This document shows, piece after piece, positions 60,757-64,000 of a stretch of DNA of 64,000 nucleotides. The stretch covers positions 122,333 through 186,332 of the forward strand of contig CAVSJO010000008.1 of NCBI GenBank assembly GCA_963728445.1, read 5' to 3'. The DNA comes from an uncultured Gemmatimonadales bacterium. Its GTDB lineage: Bacteria; Gemmatimonadota; Gemmatimonadetes; Longimicrobiales; RSA9. The notes under the pieces are model-generated. The model searched no databases, had not been told where the DNA came from, and saw only the letters and a program-made list of their open reading frames with translations. Position 1 is the stretch's first letter; the number at the start of each line of letters is the position of its first letter. Both the position numbers and the translations under genes were made by a program.

Positions 60757-61453
60757 CCGCACCCGACCCAAGGCGCGGCCGCACGTCCACGGCGACGGCC
60801 GCGCCGACGGCAAGGAGGGCGGCCGGCTCGACGAGGGCGAGGCGCGCGGCGAGCGGCCAGAGCGTCCCGAGATCCGGATAGCGCAGGTCGAGCAGCCCCG
60901 TTGCGGCAAACAGGTTCGCGCCGGCAGGACTGGCCGCGGCCGCGGCCACCATGACCAGCCCGAGCACGCCCACCGCAACAAGCGGAAAACGAGTACGCAG
61001 CCCGACCTCGGCGAGGAGGAGTGCCGGAAGAACGCCGAGCCCGATCGCGCCGGGGACGAGCACCTCCCACGCCGCGATCTCGACGCGACCCGGGAACGCC
61101 GCCAGGGTGACGACGAACGCGGCTGCGGAGAAGCACACGAGCGAGGCGAACGCCGTCGCCACGCGAGCGGTCACGTACGTGCCCGCGTCGACGAACGCCG
61201 GCACGAGAAACTCGTGGAAGCTCCTCGCGCGGTCTTCCCCCAGCCCGGACCGGTAGACGCACCCGAGCCCCAGCACGTAGCCCCACGGGAGGAGCTCCCG
61301 CGCCCCGTCGACGGTCATCCGTCCCGTGGCGCACCCCCACCCGCAGAGCGCGGCGATGGCCGACACGGCGACCATGGCCGCGAGCGCCGACCGGCTCCGG
61401 AGCCGCGCAGCCAGCTCGAGTCGGGTGAGCGCCACGCAGCGGCCGGCGTTCAT
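60707..61453 (-). CDS. ABC-2-type permease-like membrane protein
   Basis: About 6 TM segments; start overlaps the ATPase stop. Confidence 0.7.
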   Translation of the reverse strand: MNAGRCVALTRLELAARLRSRSALAAMVAVSAIAALCGWGCATGRMTVDGARELLPWGYVLGLGCVYRSGLGEDRARSFHEFLVPAFVDAGTYVTARVATAFASLVCFSAAAFVVTLAAFPGRVEIAAWEVLVPGAIGLGVLPALLLAEVGLRTRFPLVAVGVLGLVMVAAAAASPAGANLFAATGLLDLRYPDLGTLWPLAARLALVEPAALLAVGAAVAVDVRPRLGSGAVRPRRGLSASHAPSSE

Positions 61454-62091
61454 CGGCAGCCGGGCCTCCCCTCGCCCGTCTCCCACAGCGCCTCGCCCAG
61501 CAGTCGCAGCAGCGATCCCGACCCCGACTCCGCGGGCGCATGGTGGGTCGCGACGACGACCACGGCGTGCCGCGCGCGGCGGTCGAGGATGGCCGCCAGC
61601 CGGGTCCGCGACGCGGGCGAGAGATGATCGAAGGGCTCGTCCAGAAGGTAGAGCTGCGCCGGCCGTCTCAGGAGCGCGTCGAGCAGCAGACGACGCGTCT
61701 CGCCCGTGGAGAGACGGTCGATGCGCTGCTCTCCCCGGAGCCCGGGAGGGGCGAGCTCGCTCGGCTCCCATTCCGCGCTCCCCAGCCCCTCGAGCAGCCG
61801 CATCCAGTCGGAGACCCGGGCCCCCGGTGGGGGACGGACGGCCGGGTGGAGGTAGGCAACGCGACCGGGTGGTCGGCGGACCCGGCCGCCGGAGGCGGGA
61901 AGGCGGCCGGCCAGGCAGCGGAGCAGCGTCGACTTGCCCGCGCCGTTCTCTCCGACGACCCAGGCGATCCGGCCCGGTCGGACCTCCCACGAGAGGCCGC
62001 GGAGCACGAGCGTGTTTCGCTGCCGGAGGGTGACGTCCTCCAGCTCGAGGCCGCCCGTCGGGGCGCTCACGGCGGGACCGGACATGACCAC
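61450..62091 (-). CDS. ABC transporter ATP-binding protein
   Basis: GENGAGKST, LSTGE, LYLLDEP, VATH. Confidence 0.88.
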   Translation of the reverse strand: MVMSGPAVSAPTGGLELEDVTLRQRNTLVLRGLSWEVRPGRIAWVVGENGAGKSTLLRCLAGRLPASGGRVRRPPGRVAYLHPAVRPPPGARVSDWMRLLEGLGSAEWEPSELAPPGLRGEQRIDRLSTGETRRLLLDALLRRPAQLYLLDEPFDHLSPASRTRLAAILDRRARHAVVVVATHHAPAESGSGSLLRLLGEALWETGEGRPGCR

Positions 62092-63116
62092 CAGGCGCTG
62101 CTGTCGTCCACGACCACGACGTCCCTCCGACTGGAGAGTCGGGCCAGAGCCACTGCGTTCGCGTCGATGGCGAACGCGCCGCGGAACCGGAAGGCCGAAT
62201 CGGCCCGCACGACGGCCTTCTCCAGGTGCCCCCCGGGCAGGCGTCGTCCCGTGCGCGTCACGTAGAGCACGTCGCCGGTGCGGGCATCGAGCTGGATGGC
62301 GGACGCCACCACGGCGATGCGGGAGACGACCTCATCGGTCACCGGAGGCTCCGGCACGTGGTCGACAAGGTAGCGCGTCGCGGCCGGCAGGGGGACGGCC
62401 ACCGCGCCACTCACGTTCGTGCCGCGGCCGCGGAAGGCCGTGGGGACGAGAAACGAGTGGGCGGCCACCCACGATCCGTCGCCCCGCGCCGAGAGGGCGA
62501 GCACGTTGGCGATCCCCTTGATGGACATGTCGGCGAACGGCGCCGCCGGCACGTCCAGCGGCACGGCCCGGTCGCCCTCGATCGCGTACACCAGCCGGCC
62601 CGGCAGACGGCCGTACACGTACGCCGTCACGAGCACCCCGCTGCCGGCCTGGCGGACGACCATCGGAGAGAAGTCCACCCGCACCTCGCCCCGGTCCCGA
62701 CCCTCGAGGGACAGCCGCTTGATACGCCTGCCCCGGCCGTCGGTCACGAGGAGGAGCGAATCCCCTGCGACGGCGGCGGACATGGGCTCCGATACGCCCC
62801 GGGGCCCAGACTCCTCGAGATCCAGCATCCAGCGCCGCTGCAGGTCAGGGCCGAGCAGCTCGACCCGCCGCTCGGGGCCGTACAGCACGAGCACCGCGCT
62901 GTCGCCGGGCGTCGACACCTCCGTCACCTCCGAACGGCCCGGATTCACCGACAGCGGGTCGCAATGGACCGCCACCCCGTCGGTGAAGTCGTCCAGGTAG
63001 ACGGGCGAGGGCCCGCTTCCGCGGGAGCACGACGCGCCGGCCAGCAGCAGCGCCGGAAGGCACCGTCCCCACCCGCGCCCAATCTTCACCGGCGCTGCCG
63101 CCGGCCGGCCCGACAC
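62067..63116 (-). CDS. Lipoprotein, probable beta-propeller
   Basis: Lipobox-like LAGASC; NHL-like blades (GPRGVSEPMSAAVAGDSLLLVTDGRGRRIKRL). Confidence 0.7.
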   Translation of the reverse strand: MSGRPAAAPVKIGRGWGRCLPALLLAGASCSRGSGPSPVYLDDFTDGVAVHCDPLSVNPGRSEVTEVSTPGDSAVLVLYGPERRVELLGPDLQRRWMLDLEESGPRGVSEPMSAAVAGDSLLLVTDGRGRRIKRLSLEGRDRGEVRVDFSPMVVRQAGSGVLVTAYVYGRLPGRLVYAIEGDRAVPLDVPAAPFADMSIKGIANVLALSARGDGSWVAAHSFLVPTAFRGRGTNVSGAVAVPLPAATRYLVDHVPEPPVTDEVVSRIAVVASAIQLDARTGDVLYVTRTGRRLPGGHLEKAVVRADSAFRFRGAFAIDANAVALARLSSRRDVVVVDDSSAWWSCPVPP

Positions 63117-63119
63117 CGT

Positions 63120-63332
63120 CTACTCCTTCCGGATGATGTGCGCGATGCAGGCGCCGTAGCGGACGCCGCACTCGATCTCCTCCAGCTGCCGCGCCAGCGC
63201 CGAGCTCTCCTGCGTGGCGTCGTTCAGGCAGAGGAAGTAGCTGTTCGTGCACGTCGCGCTCGCGGACTTCGGCGCTGCCACGAGCGACAACCCGGCGACG
63301 GCGACCGGCATCAGCTTCACGAAGGCCTTCAT
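63120..63332 (-). CDS. Secreted Cys-rich peptide precursor (70 aa; 44-aa mature part with 2x CxxxYxxC)
   Basis: GGAGGG RBS; signal peptide MKAFVKLMPVAVAGLSLVAAPKSASA; mature TCTNSYFLC...ECGVRYGAC. Confidence 0.8.
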   Translation of the reverse strand: MKAFVKLMPVAVAGLSLVAAPKSASATCTNSYFLCLNDATQESSALARQLEEIECGVRYGACIAHIIRKE

Positions 63333-63411
63333 GCTTCCCTCCCGGGGCTCAGGCCCCGACTCGTGTCGACGCGGGCGACGCCGACGTGCGCCGCTCGCCC
63401 GTTCGACGAAG

Positions 63412-63426
63412 GCACGCCCGGGGCCA
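63412..63426 (-). promoter_or_regulatory. Putative sigma54 (-24/-12) promoter TGGCCCCGGGCGTGC
   Basis: TGGC with GG-N10-GC spacing, 80 nt upstream of the peptide ATG and directly downstream of a sigma54 activator gene. Confidence 0.5.
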
Positions 63427-63604
63427 CCCGCCCGCCTTACCGTAACATAATGGAGCGCAATGACTTGCGCTGTTTTCACACCGTCCCGCTTCGCGCGTGA
63501 GTGCGCACCATCGGCCGGTCCCCGCAGCCGACTGCGCGCATTCGCCCCAATACCGCCACCGCGGCCGCGGCTGTCCATGGCGGAATCGGCCAGCGTTGGG
63601 CCGC

Positions 63605-64000
63605 TCATCCGCGGCCTGGCGTCGAAGGGTCGGACTTCGCGGAGCCCGGCGAGGAGGGGTCCAGGCCGTGGGTGCGGAGCTTGGCGCGCAGTGTGCCGCG
63701 GGACATTCCGAGGAGCGCCGCGGCGCGCGTACGGTTGCCGCGGCAGCGGTCGAGGGCGTCGAGGATGCGTGCGCGCTCCTGGGCGGGCGGGCCGTTGTAG
63801 GCGTAGCGCGGCCATGCGAGGGGAGCCCGGCCGCCGGCGTCCCGGGCCGTCGGCCCCGGGGCGGGCGCATCGGGATCGTCCGCGATGACGGGTCGCTCGC
63901 CGCGGACGACCTCGGGGAGGTCGAGCACGCGGATCTGGGGGCGGTCGCACGACAGCACCGCCGCCTCGACGGCGTGGGCCAGCTCGCGGACGTTGCCGGG
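63605..64000 (-). CDS. sigma54-dependent (NtrC/Fis-type) transcriptional activator, C-terminal part, truncated by the window edge
   Basis: PGNVRELAHAVE (end of AAA+ domain) and Fis HTH GNRTRAAALLGMSRGTLRAKL. Confidence 0.88.
   Translation of the reverse strand, partial: PGNVRELAHAVEAAVLSCDRPQIRVLDLPEVVRGERPVIADDPDAPAPGPTARDAGGRAPLAWPRYAYNGPPAQERARILDALDRCRGNRTRAAALLGMSRGTLRAKLRTHGLDPSSPGSAKSDPSTPGRG

Noticed and set aside
63120-63332. Classical RiPP precursor (ranthipeptide, lanthipeptide, bufferin)
   Set aside because: No radical SAM, LanM, MNIO/DUF692 or C39 peptidase gene is adjacent, and the leader is a Sec signal

Overview
High-GC chromosomal window. Protein style and gene content suggest a Gemmatimonadota-like organism, which is an inference. 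It holds about 66 CDS, mostly housekeeping: sfsA, a type IIA topoisomerase A subunit (ParC-like), pfkA, a sufCBD-Rieske-sufS-sufU operon, a FadI-type thiolase, glcDEF, ispH, hup, peptidoglycan enzymes and many peptidases. No rRNA, tRNA, CRISPR array or mobile element was recognised. Highlights: (1) at the right end, a sigma54 activator precedes a -24/-12-like promoter and an operon for a Sec-secreted 44-aa peptide with a twin CxxxYxxC motif, a beta-propeller lipoprotein and an ABC transporter, with no RiPP modifying enzyme; (2) a compact candidate sphingolipid operon (CerR-like, Spt, bCerS-like GNAT, Aur1/IPC-synthase-like PAP2, CPBP protein); (3) an Rdx/SelW selenoprotein (CxxU with a SECIS-like hairpin) missed by the ORF track; (4) a DEAD-box pseudo-helicase that keeps a DbpA RNA-binding domain; (5) a rhodanese paired with a second SufU/IscU. 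Four genes carry frameshifts or a deletion, which may be sequencing or assembly errors. All calls come from motif recognition by eye; no searches were run.
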